From Marsupella aquatica (lineage: Eukaryota; Plantae; Marchantiophyta), in the NCBI GenBank assembly GCA_973895155.1, contig OZ316896.1:18464754-18528753 (forward strand): 64,000 bases of DNA, written 5' to 3'. A program made the position numbers and the translations under genes. How positions within the stretch are numbered: position 1 is the first letter of the stretch; each line of letters starts with the position of its first letter. Of the stretch, positions 37,670 through 50,764 are shown in pieces. Under the pieces are notes generated by a model. It did not search any database. It saw nothing but the letters and a program-made list of their open reading frames with translations, and was not told the DNA's origin.

Positions 37670-40427
37670 GAGAACATCATCGATACGGTGACGCTTCTCA
37701 GATGTAGATGCAACAGAGCTTCTCATAGCATGAAGTCCAAAGTTAGGAACAGAGAGACATAGGAACAGAACCGCATCACCAGTAGGAGCTATAGTGCGCT
37801 TCTCAATGGAAGAAGCTAAGGAGGTTGGAGGAAGGCCTTCTATAATTCGCAGAGTTACCACATCACGCGCACCGTGGAGCTTGCCTTTATCAACATCCCC
37901 ATTATTTTACAGCCACAGAAAATCAGAAGGGGGTAGATGAAGCCTTACCCCGTCTGATTTGTATACCATACACCTCACTCATTGTGAGCCATGTCAACAT
38001 AGCGTAGTACAGACAACTGGTTATTTAGAACATATTTTTTCTGTCACTACGTCTTATTTTATGGCACCCTCCGTAGCTCTAGTGTAGGTGTCAACTAGGA
38101 TAGGTGACAACTCTCCAATGATACTCGACGAACGTCGACTTGTACCTCGTGCTCAAACGCAGCATAGTACTTTCAATTTAGACCTTCGAGCATGTAGCCA
38201 CATGGCTGTCCCCAATGATGTGTGAATGTGGAGTATGACCAGTCTTTATGATTTCTTGGAAAGGTTACAGCTCTAGTGACTAAATGGTTGGATTCTAATT
38301 GATGAGCTTCTCTACTCGATAGACCTTCTGCGGCTGTTGTGTGCCCTGTGAACGCAGGGGACGGTGTGGTCCGCTCTCTACCGATCTTCATTCATGGTGG
38401 ATCAGGGAGGAGCATCGGCAATTCTATCGGGAAGAACGGAACTTTACAGAGGGTAGTGATACCTAGCTACTACCCATAGCAGCCGGCTGTTCGAATATCG
38501 CTGGAAATACACTCAGGCACAATGAATTCATTCCCGAAGTTCAGACAGGACCATGACAAAGCTGGCAATGTTTCTCCCTGGCTCAGAACATGGCTAGGTT
38601 CTCCAGTGTTCCGACCTCAAAAAGTAAACATTTTTGGTCTAAGGAGTATAGAGTGCTGCTCGTGAACGGTGCTTCGACCTCGTGTCTGGAGATAGCTTTG
38701 TAATTAAGGTTCAGGGGTATCATCCACATTTTTACTCCCTTTCTCAGGGCGGACGACACCAATCGAAATTTCGAACAATCTCATCTTATCAATTCATACT
38801 CCCCAATAGCTGCTTCGTCAAGATGACACGCACATAAGCTCCCGCCCACATAGTGACTTCCGTCTCCGATGCCTTCCCTTTTCTGTCCCCCATTTTCGTG
38901 TCCTGGGTCCAAAAGTTGCAGACGCAGCCGCAACAACCCCTGACTTCGAAGCCGAGGTCAGCCGCGTCCCTGGCGTGTGCCATCCATCCCACAAAGCCGA
39001 TCTTTTGCTGAGCTGAGACTTTCCAACTTCTTTGGCAATGATGTTCCGACGAATGCGCTTCCCATTCACCTGTAGAGAACAGCCTCAGTGGACGAAGAGG
39101 GCCGGCACAATTGTGCTGCGCACACGTCTCTGGGTGCGCGAAGTATGCAGCAGATTCAATGCATCGGGGGCGTGGTGATGGACCTGGATCAAAGGAGGGT
39201 GGTGTTTTCGCCAGCAGCTCAGGACAGTGCTAACGTTGGCTGTGAGCGACGGGGGCCCGTTCTCGATCATGTTGACGACCGTACTGGATATAAACCAGGA
39301 GAAGCCCGAATTGCGGCGATATTGAAGACATGGTTGTACTCTGCTTCCAAAGTTCCGTGGGTGGTGTTGTGGTCGAGAGAATTGAGAAATTTAGGGTCCG
39401 GTCCCGATTTGGTGACGATGGCGAAGATGGAGAAGACGCGATCTCTGTTCACAACCAAAGTTAACGCAGTTTTAATCATCAGTCTTCGAATCGGATCTCT
39501 CAGTCTTCGGAATAGGAGATGACCACTCGAGTGGAGAAAGTCGAAAGCGGCCATAAGCTCCGCAGGAATTCTGCGACAGCCCGCGCGGTGGTCCTAGCGC
39601 CATGAACAATAATACTCCGGGAATGGTTTTCGCAATATTCAGACATGACCTGTCCATTTTGGGAATCTGCGGTTTGTAATTTAACTGAGGAAATTGTTCT
39701 TCAATGATAAATGCGATGAACAAACTGCTCCTCGGAGCAGATTCAGGATCCCAGTATTTACTAACGACTGCTGCTGTGGCTAGAAAAAGATCAAATTACA
39801 TCGATGGGTGCAGGCCTCAGATTTTTGGCAAGTCGAAGGGTTGCTAAGACATCTGACCTGGTAAGGTTTCAGCTCGGAGCCTTAGAGTAAGTCTATGGCA
39901 AAGCTCCTTACCCTCACTGTTGAAAGTGGTGGATCGGTATGTTGTAAGGTGAGAAAATCGTCAGAATATGTTTCTAGAGATTACCGATTCACCAGCTCTA
40001 TCTGTTACAAGCACGATTGAGAACAGTATGCCAATTGAGCTTCTTCGCGGTCGCTTTGACGTGATCAAAACCTTTATTTCCAGCCTTGAATGAAGGGATG
40101 GCGAATTCCCTCTCCCGCCGATCTTTGCCGCTTGAGAGCAGTTTCCTGAGAAAAAATACTACCGCAGAATTTTCCTCTACGGACAGAGCCTACGGTAACA
40201 GGAGCATTACAGTCGAAGGAGTACTGCAGAAACTCTTGAGTATCAAATTTTTCTTCGCACATGAGCTCTTTGTCAAACACGACTACTAATTACCTTAAAG
40301 CTGCGATCCTGTACTGTACCTAGCTGAATTGAAGACTTGTGTACAACGTTGACCATGACCTTTTGAGCCATGTGGGTGATAATGAATCCTGACAAGCTTC
40401 TGAAGAACCAGCTGTAGCTTTACAGAT

Positions 40428-43400
40428 TTAAAAACTGTCCTCTTGAAGAATTCCTGCAACGGACGAGAGAAGGTCAGTCAAAACTTTGCTTCAATTATGA
40501 TTTTAAGCTGCGAAATTGTCGATTTGTCTAAAACCCAGTAGAACCATCATTCTTTTTACTAGAGAAAAAGAAATGAGACTCACGAGACTGGCTTAGTGCG
40601 GTCCTTGCCAAGGACGCCCGGAAAAGTTGTATACCTGCTCCAGTTTTAGAGCTCACTATCATCTGCAAAAACCAATTAACATTACTTTGCCTCCTGTATG
40701 CATGTGATCTGGTGAGAGCATGCAAATATCCGTGTAGATCCGGCAAAATCCTCCTCCATGCAAAATTAAGCAAGTTTGACCAAAACGAGTCCATTGTAAG
40801 AGCCACCAAAGGTAATCCGAGTTAAAAGAGTAAAATTTTCGATGTGATTGCACCCCTTCCGTCTCTTCCTGCGCGACAACTGCAGGAGACCTAGAATTTA
40901 TACTCAAATCTAGGAGATCCCCTGAGAGCTTGGAATTCTTGAGAACTTCATTTCCACACAGGGAAGTTCTGAAATGAAAAATGATGTGGTCAGGAGTAAG
41001 GTTTCAGGCATGATGCTAAGAAAAAACAGGACGTACCATAGGTCGAACGAGGCACCTGTGGTTGTCCAGCACCTGGTATCAATGAATAAAGACATCATGC
41101 TCAAGATACGAACTTAAACACCCATTAAAGCACTGAAGTAACATAGATCGATGGATGGTTAAAGTTCTTAGCATGCGCTTGCCTGAAGTATCTGTGTAGC
41201 CCGACGGGCAAGATCCATAGGAGGCAATACATCTGTCTTCGTGAGCACAATTTGAAATGGCGTACCAGCACTGCAAAAAGCATGGGTAAGTCGGCTGTCA
41301 TGACGACAAAGAAATTCATGTGAAGTGATAAAAATGAAGACCATAGTTGCCGACAGTGGTCCACTAGGCTTGGACAAGCTGAGGCTTGGACAAGCTGATA
41401 CACGACAACTATAGCGGATTTTGTTGAAAAAGAGTGTAACTACTCATATCCATTGGCAGTTATGTTATGGACATTGAAAGTTGCACTTTTCTGCTCAGTA
41501 CTACCTTTCCATAAGGTGAAGTAGCTCCTCATCCCTGGGTTTCAAACCCCATTTTGCGTCCACCAGCACACAGACACGCTTCAAATTTGCTCTCGTTTGC
41601 ACATAGTACTTCACCTGTAAATCCAAGGGATCTGAAAGGTGAGCACGAGCAAGTACTATCACTTGTCACAAATTGAACAATCCGCTGCTTCTTTAGCCAA
41701 CATTGACTGTAATGCTCTGCTCAAGCGTCCTGACCATGCAATCGTAATGCAAGACATTTCGTCAGATTAAAGAGGAGTAACTTACGAGTTCTTCCCACTC
41801 TTCTTTCTTCTCTTCCTTGGCATATGCAAAGCCGTACCCTGGTAAATCCACTAGACACAGCTGGGATCCCAGTGTAAAGAAATTTATAGACTGCAGCCAC
41901 ATTGAAAATACCGATTTAGAGCTCCAAAATCTCATAATAAGAATCAAATCCATTGCAAAGATGCTGTACATTTCCAGAGAAAACAAAAGCAAAGTGGGAG
42001 TCCACAAAGCTTGCAGAACTTACTACACTACAATGACCAACCAGAAGCAAAGGGAGACCTGTCCTATGCACACAGAAAGTTGGTAGACAGTTGAGTCAAT
42101 ACCTGAGTCAAACCAGGTTTCTCAGAAGTTCTTGCAACGCCCCAGCGCCTACTCAAAGCGTTAATTAGTGAGGACTTTCCCACATTCGATCTACCTGCAA
42201 AAGGTAGACATAAATAGGATCCAATGAGGATGCGAAACGTGGAATACAATTAGTTCTCCGTGACCCTAAGAATACACCGCCACCACTACTCACGGAGCAC
42301 TTTCATTGCTAGAGTATCTCAGAAGGTGGTCTGGACAATGCTTCCGGCAGATAACCCAGTTGCAATAACAGGTGAAGCACAAACATCAACATGTGGACCG
42401 CTACAATTGCTCCTGACGCTGACAAGAATCTCCTCTTTACGTCTGAATTCAATAGAAGTTGCAGTGACCAACTAGGAATTCACAAAAGCTTCTTTCTCAA
42501 TGTAAGGTACACGAACAAAAGTATAGGTAGATATAGATACCTGCAAATGCAACTTCTGGATATTGAAGGGGGGGAAGAGAAGGGACTTGCTTTGCAGCTG
42601 CAATGAAAGTAAGCTTGTACTTAAAGATCTGAGAAAAGGCCAACCACATTAATCGATCAGGAGAGGGGGTCTGAATATAGTCAACTTGAATAAAGCCTCC
42701 AATACACATTCACAGCTTTCAAAAAGATGCAGATTTATATTTCATACAGAGAAGAGTGTACATTTCGAAATCGAAGTACCGATCCATACAATCTAAAACC
42801 TTTTTTTCAAGATCTCAACGAGAATTCTAAATACAATGTGGACACAGACAAACCTACAGTCTCCTGGATAGGGTTCCTTTTCGTCTTGCCATCTGGAAGA
42901 TCATCCAGAGGTGCTGTCCGTTTAGGATCATAACCCCGACCGCGCCACTCTGCCAAACGCCTGCGGCCAAGACACTAGAACATAATTCCATCCCACGAAA
43001 TCCCTTCAGTGAGATAGACTTTATCAAAGACAATGAGTCTCTACGATCCTAGAAGGTACTAATGGCTTTGGAGATGAGCCTAAGAAACCCAACACTCTAC
43101 ATTGATGGACCGAGGCAAAATGAACTAAAACTTGAACCAGAAGTGGGATATAAAAGCTAGTGTCCGGAAGAATAAAAAAATGCGCAGACTACAAAAAATT
43201 GGAGAGCAACAGACGTAGGAGCTGCACTTTACATTTTCTTCGACGAATGCAACAAGCTCTCTGGAAGGCTGGATTTGTCGAAACAGAGCATTCAGAGAGG
43301 GTGGTTTCTTCAGGGTGGGGGTTTTCTCCACGACGTCGTCAACCATACTGAGGATGCTCGAATCCGAACCTCGCTTGTATGTGACATCTTTAGGACGAGG

Positions 43401-44511
43401 CTTAATCCTTTTCCTCTGCCTTTTAAACTTCAGACCTAAATGACAAACCCAGACATTCTGTAATATTATTTGATGCGTGTGTAGTCCATGTATAATTAGT
43501 CCGCTAGCATAATCACTTGTAGAATGATATAAAGCTTATGAAACCCAGCAGGTCAAAAGTAAAAAACTCTGCGTGGTTACACGGATGATGAGGTTATTTC
43601 AGTCCAAGCTCTATTGCAACTTTGAGTGGATTTTTGTAGGAGAATAAAATCCATACCAACTCAGAAAAAAATTCACGCAACCTTGAAAGAGATGGTGTAA
43701 CACAATTATCCTCAAGCAGATTGTTTGTCTGTAAGGGTCGACACCTTTTGTATTTTCACACAAGAAAATGCGTACCTACGCAAGAAATCGTGTTCTGTTA
43801 TGAGTAAAGCGTTTGTTTTCAGCCTATTGATCAGTTACCTTCATCAGCCGGTCTATCTTTGAATTTAATCCGTGTGGTATTCAAAGAATTCTTTCGGACC
43901 GGCGAAGGAATTGTTCCCTTCCTAGCAGCTCCTCGCACCAAACTCGGCCGTGAATTTCCTCTCCCTTGCTCAGACCGCAGGCCTTTAATTGACGAGAGAG
44001 CCCCACGGAACGCTGGTCTACCTTTCCTTGCTACAACCGCTCCTGCCTGGCTACCCTTGCTCTTGCTCTTGCTCTTGCCCTTGCTATGCGACCTAGAGCG
44101 AACATTTCCCTTCCCTTCTCGTTGCTCCTTGCGCGGAAGCTGTGCAGCATATGAAGTTGAAGAGGCAAAACGAAGGCCTTGAAAAAATGATTCAATGGTT
44201 AGAGAAGAAGAATTCGGGTAGTAGGAACCTCGGCGATGTAGCTCTAAGTTGGACTGTGAAACTGAGCTGCAAAAGCTGATTCTCTGCGCTCTCCACCGTA
44301 TGCCTTCTGCGCTTAGAGTTCTCTCCCTGGCCGAGCTCAGAATTCTAGTGATTAGAGAAGAACAAGCGACAGGCTGATTCTCGGAAACACAAGCTTGACA
44401 GAAATGAGATGAAACTGACTGAAATGCTCCTCGGACTTCGTTGATGCGAAAGAGGGATCGGTAAGCTGCTACAACGGAAAATGATGACCAAAAGCGATAG
44501 GGCCCTGGCAT
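40428..44511 (-). CDS. EngB/YihA-family GTPase, probably organellar; exons 44511-43839, 43435-43233, 42974-42858, 42628-42541, 42194-42103, 41890-41786, 41614-41505, 41270-41183, 41072-41037, 40662-40584 (or read-through to stop at 40528), 40453-40428
   Basis: [18 protein letters not shown] (G1), KPGLTQSINFF (G2), [10 protein letters not shown] (G3), VLTKTD (G4), VSSKTGAGI (G5). Long Ser/Arg/Lys-rich N-terminus resembling a transit peptide. The last exon is uncertain. Confidence 0.92.
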
Positions 44512-46035
44512 GTTTAACTTCCTTGCCGCATTTGATTATCTACCTCGGAATTCCGCTACTGCGATTGGCTTCAAGACAGGAGTGTTTCATTCAACGAACT
44601 TTGCAAGGCTGAATTGAAATCAGGCTGATAGCAGCACCACCTTAGATTGAACCCACGAAAAACCAGTATAGACCAATTCTTCTCTACTCTACCGCCAGAC
44701 TCCTGATGCATTGTTTTCACGCAAGGAATTGAAAATGGGATTGATCCGCATTGCCAATAGCGTCTGCCCTGCTCGCTCTCCATCGTCACACGAGCTATGT
44801 CGTTCTCGCTTCAGAGTCCTTTGCTGCGAAATGCATCAGTCAGTGTAACTTAAACCTTCGCCTTGAACAATGCTCTGAAGGTGTTTCCGACTTGAAGGGT
44901 TTAGGGCTTTACCTTCGACAGCAAAATATAGAGTACAGTACAAAACAGAACCTCTTCCTCATCTTGACCGTGGTGAGGTATTACCAGGGTGGTTAGTAAG
45001 GGCAAATTGTGACATCTGTCACTTTGTCTAACTAGCCCAAGGGCAACTTTGTGAACTGAGATTTACATCATTGCCACTCTTTATTGTCAACCCAGCCCAA
45101 GTGTATGTTTTATGAACATGAATAGAGGTAAAGACATCCAAGCCCACTGCGGCATTTTTAGAGACTCACCCTGTTCGCAAGCCCCATTTTCCACATGCAA
45201 CTCCAACTTCAGTTACGGCCCCAGAGTCATGGTCCAGAGGCTTCACTTTAGATCATAGGCCCTGAAATTTAGTTTCTATAGTGATTATATCATCAGGCTA
45301 CATATTTTGCCACTCTTTTTAGTTTAATTACTACATTACATTATCACCTTTCTTCACCATTGGTTAAGCAAAGTAACTCTGGTTTGGTTTGGAATGATCT
45401 AATTGTTAGCATCTTGCAAGTTTTTATCATCCGATCACCATCCCATTTAGACGAAGAAATCTGACAAATTAACCACATCTCCCTCTCACACCCTCGACTG
45501 AGGGGGACTGGGAGAATCTCAGGGGTTATAGTCCAAGATCTTAGTACAGCAATGTGGAGCTTGTTTTTAGTGTGGAGGAAAATAATCCAGTAAGGGTTGG
45601 GACTGAGTTGCACTTGACCATTACTGCTGATTTTAGCAAGCGAAACAAAGGATGCTATCAGACTGATATTAACTCATTACAGTAGCCAAATCCCATAACC
45701 TTTGAAGATGCTCCTAGCCCCCACCTATATTTTCCTTATTTAGTTCCCAAATGAGTATTTTTGCCTCTCCTATAGTGCTGCACATGAAAATCAATTTTAC
45801 AATCGTATTTTTTATCAAAGAAACTATCATTCTAGTGATTTTGATCAGACGATCACAGCTCCGAAATGAGGACCCCTCTTTCACTCAGCTTGGCTTGGCC
45901 ACCCGAACATCCCAGGTACCATTCCATTGATAGATCTAAGAATCATCTTGCAGTATTCAGGCTTCAAAACCCAGCCCTACGAACGCCCATAATTCCCTGC
46001 AATGTGTTATTCGATTCTCCCTACCGGTAGTGAGA

Positions 46036-46440
46036 AGTGGTGCATGGTGCAATTACAAGTGATTACATAAAGTTCTCAAGTGAAATATGGTGCATGCAAT
46101 TACAACTGAAAGTTCTCAACTGCAAAATGGTGCATGGTGTATTCACAACTGACTACGCAAAGTCCTCCACTGAAAAATGTACGCTGAAATGGCAAGTGAT
46201 CACACATGTAAGCAATCACTCGTTACAAACCAGTTGTATGATCCACTGTGATTCCCAACAACATGTTATCGCATTCGCGAAGTTCTCCAGTGAAAAAATG
46301 GTGTATGGTGTAATTACAAGTGCCCTGCTTGGTTTTCTTCCCTTCTGACGATTCTTTAGGGTGATTCCCAGCTCTGTGTTATCCCCTTCCCCCCAGTGAG
46401 AAAATATGGTGCATGGAAAGCTTCCAAGTGTCCTGCTTGT
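46036..46440. repeat. Degenerate tandem repeat
   Basis: atggtgcatggtg..ttacaaStga..aagttctc motifs recur about five times. Confidence 0.7.
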
Positions 46441-48087
46441 GTTTTCCCTTTTCAGGACCGGTTAGTTCAGGGACACCATCTCTCCTTCCTGGCCTCTGTT
46501 CAGCTATTCGGTTTTCTCCAATGCACAAACTGTCCTAAATGCCATGCTGATTAAGGCCGTTTTCTTGCCATTTTCTCAGAGGTCAATCACATCCTCCAAC
46601 TACATATTTTGGGGATCACTAGTCTCACTTTATTAGTCCCTACCCCTTGCACTATCAGAACGTAGCAAAATCTTACCCTGCAAACTAAAGATTCCCCTTC
46701 CGTCCGGGGCAGATGTGTGACAGCAATATACCAAACTTCTATCGATACTACGATTTTTTAGGATTTAGGGTCAGCAATTCTCGTTAGTTACCAGTAAACT
46801 TGACTGTCAAAACATGACTTGGACCTGTGCCTTACTGCAATTTGCGGTAATTAACGAGAATACTGTACCTTGTAGGATCATACATACGCCCATCTGGAGG
46901 AACAAGAAATCATTCTGGGATTCTTCAGACAAGGTGTTTAATACAGTTCAACAAAATGATGTATTTCTCAACCAGTAACGAACTCTATACAAAGTTGCCT
47001 AAGAACCACTAAGATGCCTTCAGTGGCAGCAAACGATTCAAAACTCCTCTTCATACCCAGGAAGTTAGTCTCTGCAAGATTGAAACTCGCAACCATCACT
47101 CTCCTCACAGCTACACAGAAAAATCTGCTCCCCTCTTCGCATCCAAGCCTGGAGGAAAAGTATTGCTAATGGGAAGAGATACAAAGTATAATATCAAATA
47201 GGTAAGGATCCAGCGTACTCTGAAGACGCACTTGCACCTGATCTTAAAAAGTGAGTCTCCTAAATACTTTTCCCTTACTGGCTGAAAGAGCTGATCTAAT
47301 TCTATGTGTACTTCACGTTAAGGGAAATCCTAAGATTCCTGAAGCTGCTGCCTTTGACAGACTTTTGCTGTCGTTCACGCTCCTTGTCTCACCTCTCGAG
47401 TTTGGAATGTCGACCTACCCCTTGCCGAGAAATTGCACCATGTACTCGCGTGCATTTGATCCTGCGTAGATACCTGACAACACTACTAGCCTCTCACAGG
47501 TGTGAGAGGACTAGACGGCCCTTTCAAAACTCAGTGTTAAGCCCCATAAGTATAAGAATTATTTCAAATAATAAATTCCTTATGTTTTCAAACCTATGAT
47601 AAATCGAAGAGCTCAGCTCATTCAAATGTGATGGCTAGCCTCGAAATTTACAAATCTGAAACCGAAGATCATTTTCAAAACATTCTAGAATCTGCTCTTA
47701 CTATCTGCAGTGCCTAGTATTCGTCCTAATTCAACCCTGCCCAAGCCCACGGGATAACTAAGTACTTCTTTACCCTCCTCCAGTTGAAAAATTGTGTGAC
47801 AATGTAGTGATTCATGTAGAAATACCGCCGGGTCGCAAAACTGTAGTAATTTTTAATGTGATAGAATAATCTATCAAACTGCACATTTTTCAGTTAAGGG
47901 CGAAGAACCCGCCTAACTTGTTGCTGTCCCATCGATATGGCTGACTCGAGAGAGGTGAAAGACGTGCAGTGAGGTGACCCGTGAACCACTATCTCATTTT
48001 GATTACGAGGCAACCGCCAATCCCAAATGCAGGTGGAAGTCCCTCCAACATATAAAGGCATTATGAATGGCTTCCGCCAAGAACTTT

Positions 48088-49416
48088 CTACCTCAAAGAT
48101 TGTACGGCTTTCTCTGCAGCATCATCGAGATCCTCAGCTGTGATGATTGTCATCCCACTTTCTTTGAGAATAGTCTTTCCGAGGTCCACATTTGTGCCTT
48201 CCAATCGCACTATCAAAGGCACTTCTAGAGACACCTGCTTTGCAGCACCTACAATGCCAGCTGCAATGACATCACACTTCATGATGCCCCCAAAAATATT
48301 GACTAATATAGCTTTGACTTTGGGATCTGCTGTGAGGATCTTGAATGCTTCCACGACCTGCTGTTCAGAAGCATTGCCACCAACGTCCAGAAAATTAGCT
48401 GGAGTGCCTCCATGCAGCTTAATAATATCCATCGTGGCCATAGCAAGCCCCGCTCCATTGACCATGCAACCAATCTCCCCGTCTAACCCAATGTAATTCA
48501 AATCTGCAGCTGCAGCAGCGACTTCGCGTGAATCCTCCTGTGTCTTATCCCGAAGAGCAAAGATATCCTTCTGCCGAAATGCAGCATTATCATCAAAGTT
48601 GAGCTTGGCATCAGCAGCTACCATTTGCGCACTGGCTGTCTCTGCCAACGGATTAATTTCAAACAGAGTGCAGTCCTTTTTAGTGAACACCTCGTAAAAT
48701 TTCTTCACTTGGTCGATGCAATCCTTCACGTCAGCCTGCTTGGGAGCCAATCCTTTCACCACCTCAGCAGCCTGCTCGTCCGTGATCCCTTCGTTGATAT
48801 TGATTGGAACCTTAATGATCATATCCGGGTACTTCTCAGCAAGATCCTCAATACTAGTTCCCCCTTTGCTACATGCGATGATCACAGGCCCTGCACTGAC
48901 TCGATCAAGGGCAATGGCAAAGTACATCTCGTTGACAAGGTCCATCTTCTCACAGATAAAAACTTTGTTCACAACCTTTCCCTCAGGTCCAGTCTGCTTT
49001 GTCACGAGCACTTGCCCTAGCATCTTCTCAACGACAGATGCGACTTCGGAGCTCTTGACAATGTGTACACCGCCTTTGAATCCGTTCTTGAAAGTTCCCA
49101 GACCGCGTCCACCAGCCAGAATTTGGCTCTTCACCACCACCTCCTCGGCACCAGGGTAATAAGTTTCCATCAACTTCGGTACTTCGTCCAGCGATGAGAC
49201 GACCTCTCCTTTCGGAACGTTCACGCCAAATTTGCCCATCAATCGATTTCCTTGGTATTCGTGGATGTTCAGATATCGCTTTTGCTGGTGGTGCAATGCA
49301 ATCCGAGCTTCGCCACCAACAAAGGAAGAGGATCCCGTGATGGGAGAGCCTCCAAGGCTCGCCCGGATCGCAACGCCTGCATGAGAAATCAATCTGTATG
49401 TTGACGACCTCGCCAT
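48088..49416 (-). CDS. Succinate--CoA ligase beta subunit, mitochondrial, 442 aa, intronless CDS
   Basis: ATG at 49416; presequence ending QQKRY/LNIHEYQG; KSQILAGGRGLG, EINPL, DAKLNFDDNA, GCMVNGAGLAMATMD, ANFLDVGG, VNIFGGIMKCD, VRLEGTN. Confidence 0.97.
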   Translation of the reverse strand: MARSSTYRLISHAGVAIRASLGGSPITGSSSFVGGEARIALHHQQKRYLNIHEYQGNRLMGKFGVNVPKGEVVSSLDEVPKLMETYYPGAEEVVVKSQILAGGRGLGTFKNGFKGGVHIVKSSEVASVVEKMLGQVLVTKQTGPEGKVVNKVFICEKMDLVNEMYFAIALDRVSAGPVIIACSKGGTSIEDLAEKYPDMIIKVPININEGITDEQAAEVVKGLAPKQADVKDCIDQVKKFYEVFTKKDCTLFEINPLAETASAQMVAADAKLNFDDNAAFRQKDIFALRDKTQEDSREVAAAAADLNYIGLDGEIGCMVNGAGLAMATMDIIKLHGGTPANFLDVGGNASEQQVVEAFKILTADPKVKAILVNIFGGIMKCDVIAAGIVGAAKQVSLEVPLIVRLEGTNVDLGKTILKESGMTIITAEDLDDAAEKAVQSLR

Positions 49417-49608
49417 CGTCTCACCTCTGCACTGCACGACTCCTGGCAAGATCGCCTCCTCTCCAGAACAAACTCGTGTGATTTTACGTCGACTTTCGCA
49501 GCTTGATAGCGGAGCTTTCGACAGCAGAGACTGGGAGGAGAGAGCGATGGAGGGAACAAAGCTGAATCCCTAAGAAGACAAACGCGAGTGTCTTCAATAA
49601 TACTACAG

Positions 49609-50764
49609 TAGTGCAGAGTTTCATTTCATCGTGGAAAGACCGACCAACGCCGCTCTCGGTCGTCCTTACAGTAAGGGCCGATGTCGTTCTAGGTTCGCAT
49701 AGTAAGGGCCGATGTGAGCTAATGAGGAGTCTCAAAATTCCAAAGTTAACAGTCCTTAACTCCTGCGTTAGGGATTAAGGACTTATGGACTTCAAAATCA
49801 GATTTTAAAATATTATTTTCAGAGACACCTTATGGTCGTAAGAAGCTTCGTAATAGGGCCTCCCAAAATTAGGACATAGGCGTAAGTTACAGATATATGG
49901 TTCATCCCATTAATCCTGTAAATTCAGTTGGAATTTTTAAATGGGGGGGAAAATAATTGACCCACCCCATAAGGCAGGACTTACTGTCTCACTTGAGTCT
50001 CACAGCATATATTCATTTTATTTCCTTCTTAATCAGCCACCACCCCAAATGCAGCAGTCAAATGTATGCTTTCAATTGCAGTTTTCCAGATGTACGGATT
50101 TTTGAAATTCTAGATTTGCCCCTAAAGTCACAGGAAAGTGGTTATAAATGTTATTGGTGGAGTGTTGAGCCCGCAGGCTTTGATGATGAGAGCCAAAGAT
50201 TGGATTTTATGGGAGTTCTCATAACTCTTCAGTTCCAGGAAGCATTAACCTGGTATCATCAAGTTTTGAAACGCCCGAATATAGAGTCTCAAAATTCCAA
50301 GTTCACCTTTGTTAACTGTTGAGTTATGAGTTAAGGATACAATCCTTGTGGACTTTAAAATCAGTTCCTTAACAAATCTGTTCTTAATAAACATCCACAA
50401 GACATGGCCATAAGGAAGCTTCATAGGCTGGCAACAAAGAAACCAAAAATTTAAAAATTCACCGGTCAAAGAATAGTTACAGCCAAATGTTATGACCAAA
50501 ACCTGTTTGCCATATTGCTCAAGGATTTAGATGCCTTAGTTAATGTACAAATGGGGATAGTGTAAAGTAACCTAACCTCCTCCTCTCGAGGAGGCTATGG
50601 CCTGTAACCCCCATGGGCAGTCTCTCACACAGTGGTCCTTGTGGTAAGGACATGTAACAACATCGGCCCCTACCATACGGACCTATAAGGACAACGGCCC
50701 TTACTGCAAGAATGACAAACAGTGCACGCTGGTAGTCTTTCCAGGATAGAATGAAACTCTACTA
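49609..50764. mobile_element. Non-autonomous DNA transposon, ~1.15 kb, with ~100-bp imperfect terminal inverted repeats
   Basis: 49615-49715 (agagtttcatt..tggaaagac..cagtaagggccg..gggccgatgt) is the diverged reverse complement of 50660-50760. Internal diverged direct repeats at ~49727-49850 and ~50284-50425. Confidence 0.8.
49855..50277. mobile_element. MITE-like element, copy 1 (inside the larger TIR element)
   Basis: Ends agggcctcccaaaa and ttttgaaacgccc; shares ccccataaggcagga, ccccaaatgcagcag, cctaaagtcac and ggagttctcataa with copy 2. Confidence 0.7.

Noticed and set aside
38789-39723. Cluster of short ORFs between DPE2 and EngB, with a minus-strand splice-acceptor-like site near 39070
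   Set aside because: No recognisable domain and no frame-consistent gene model; may be UTR or an orphan gene, which needs RNA-seq.
46850-47600. Possible 3' UTR exons or a small gene downstream of the ligase gene
   Set aside because: Only isolated splice-like sites; no supportable protein.
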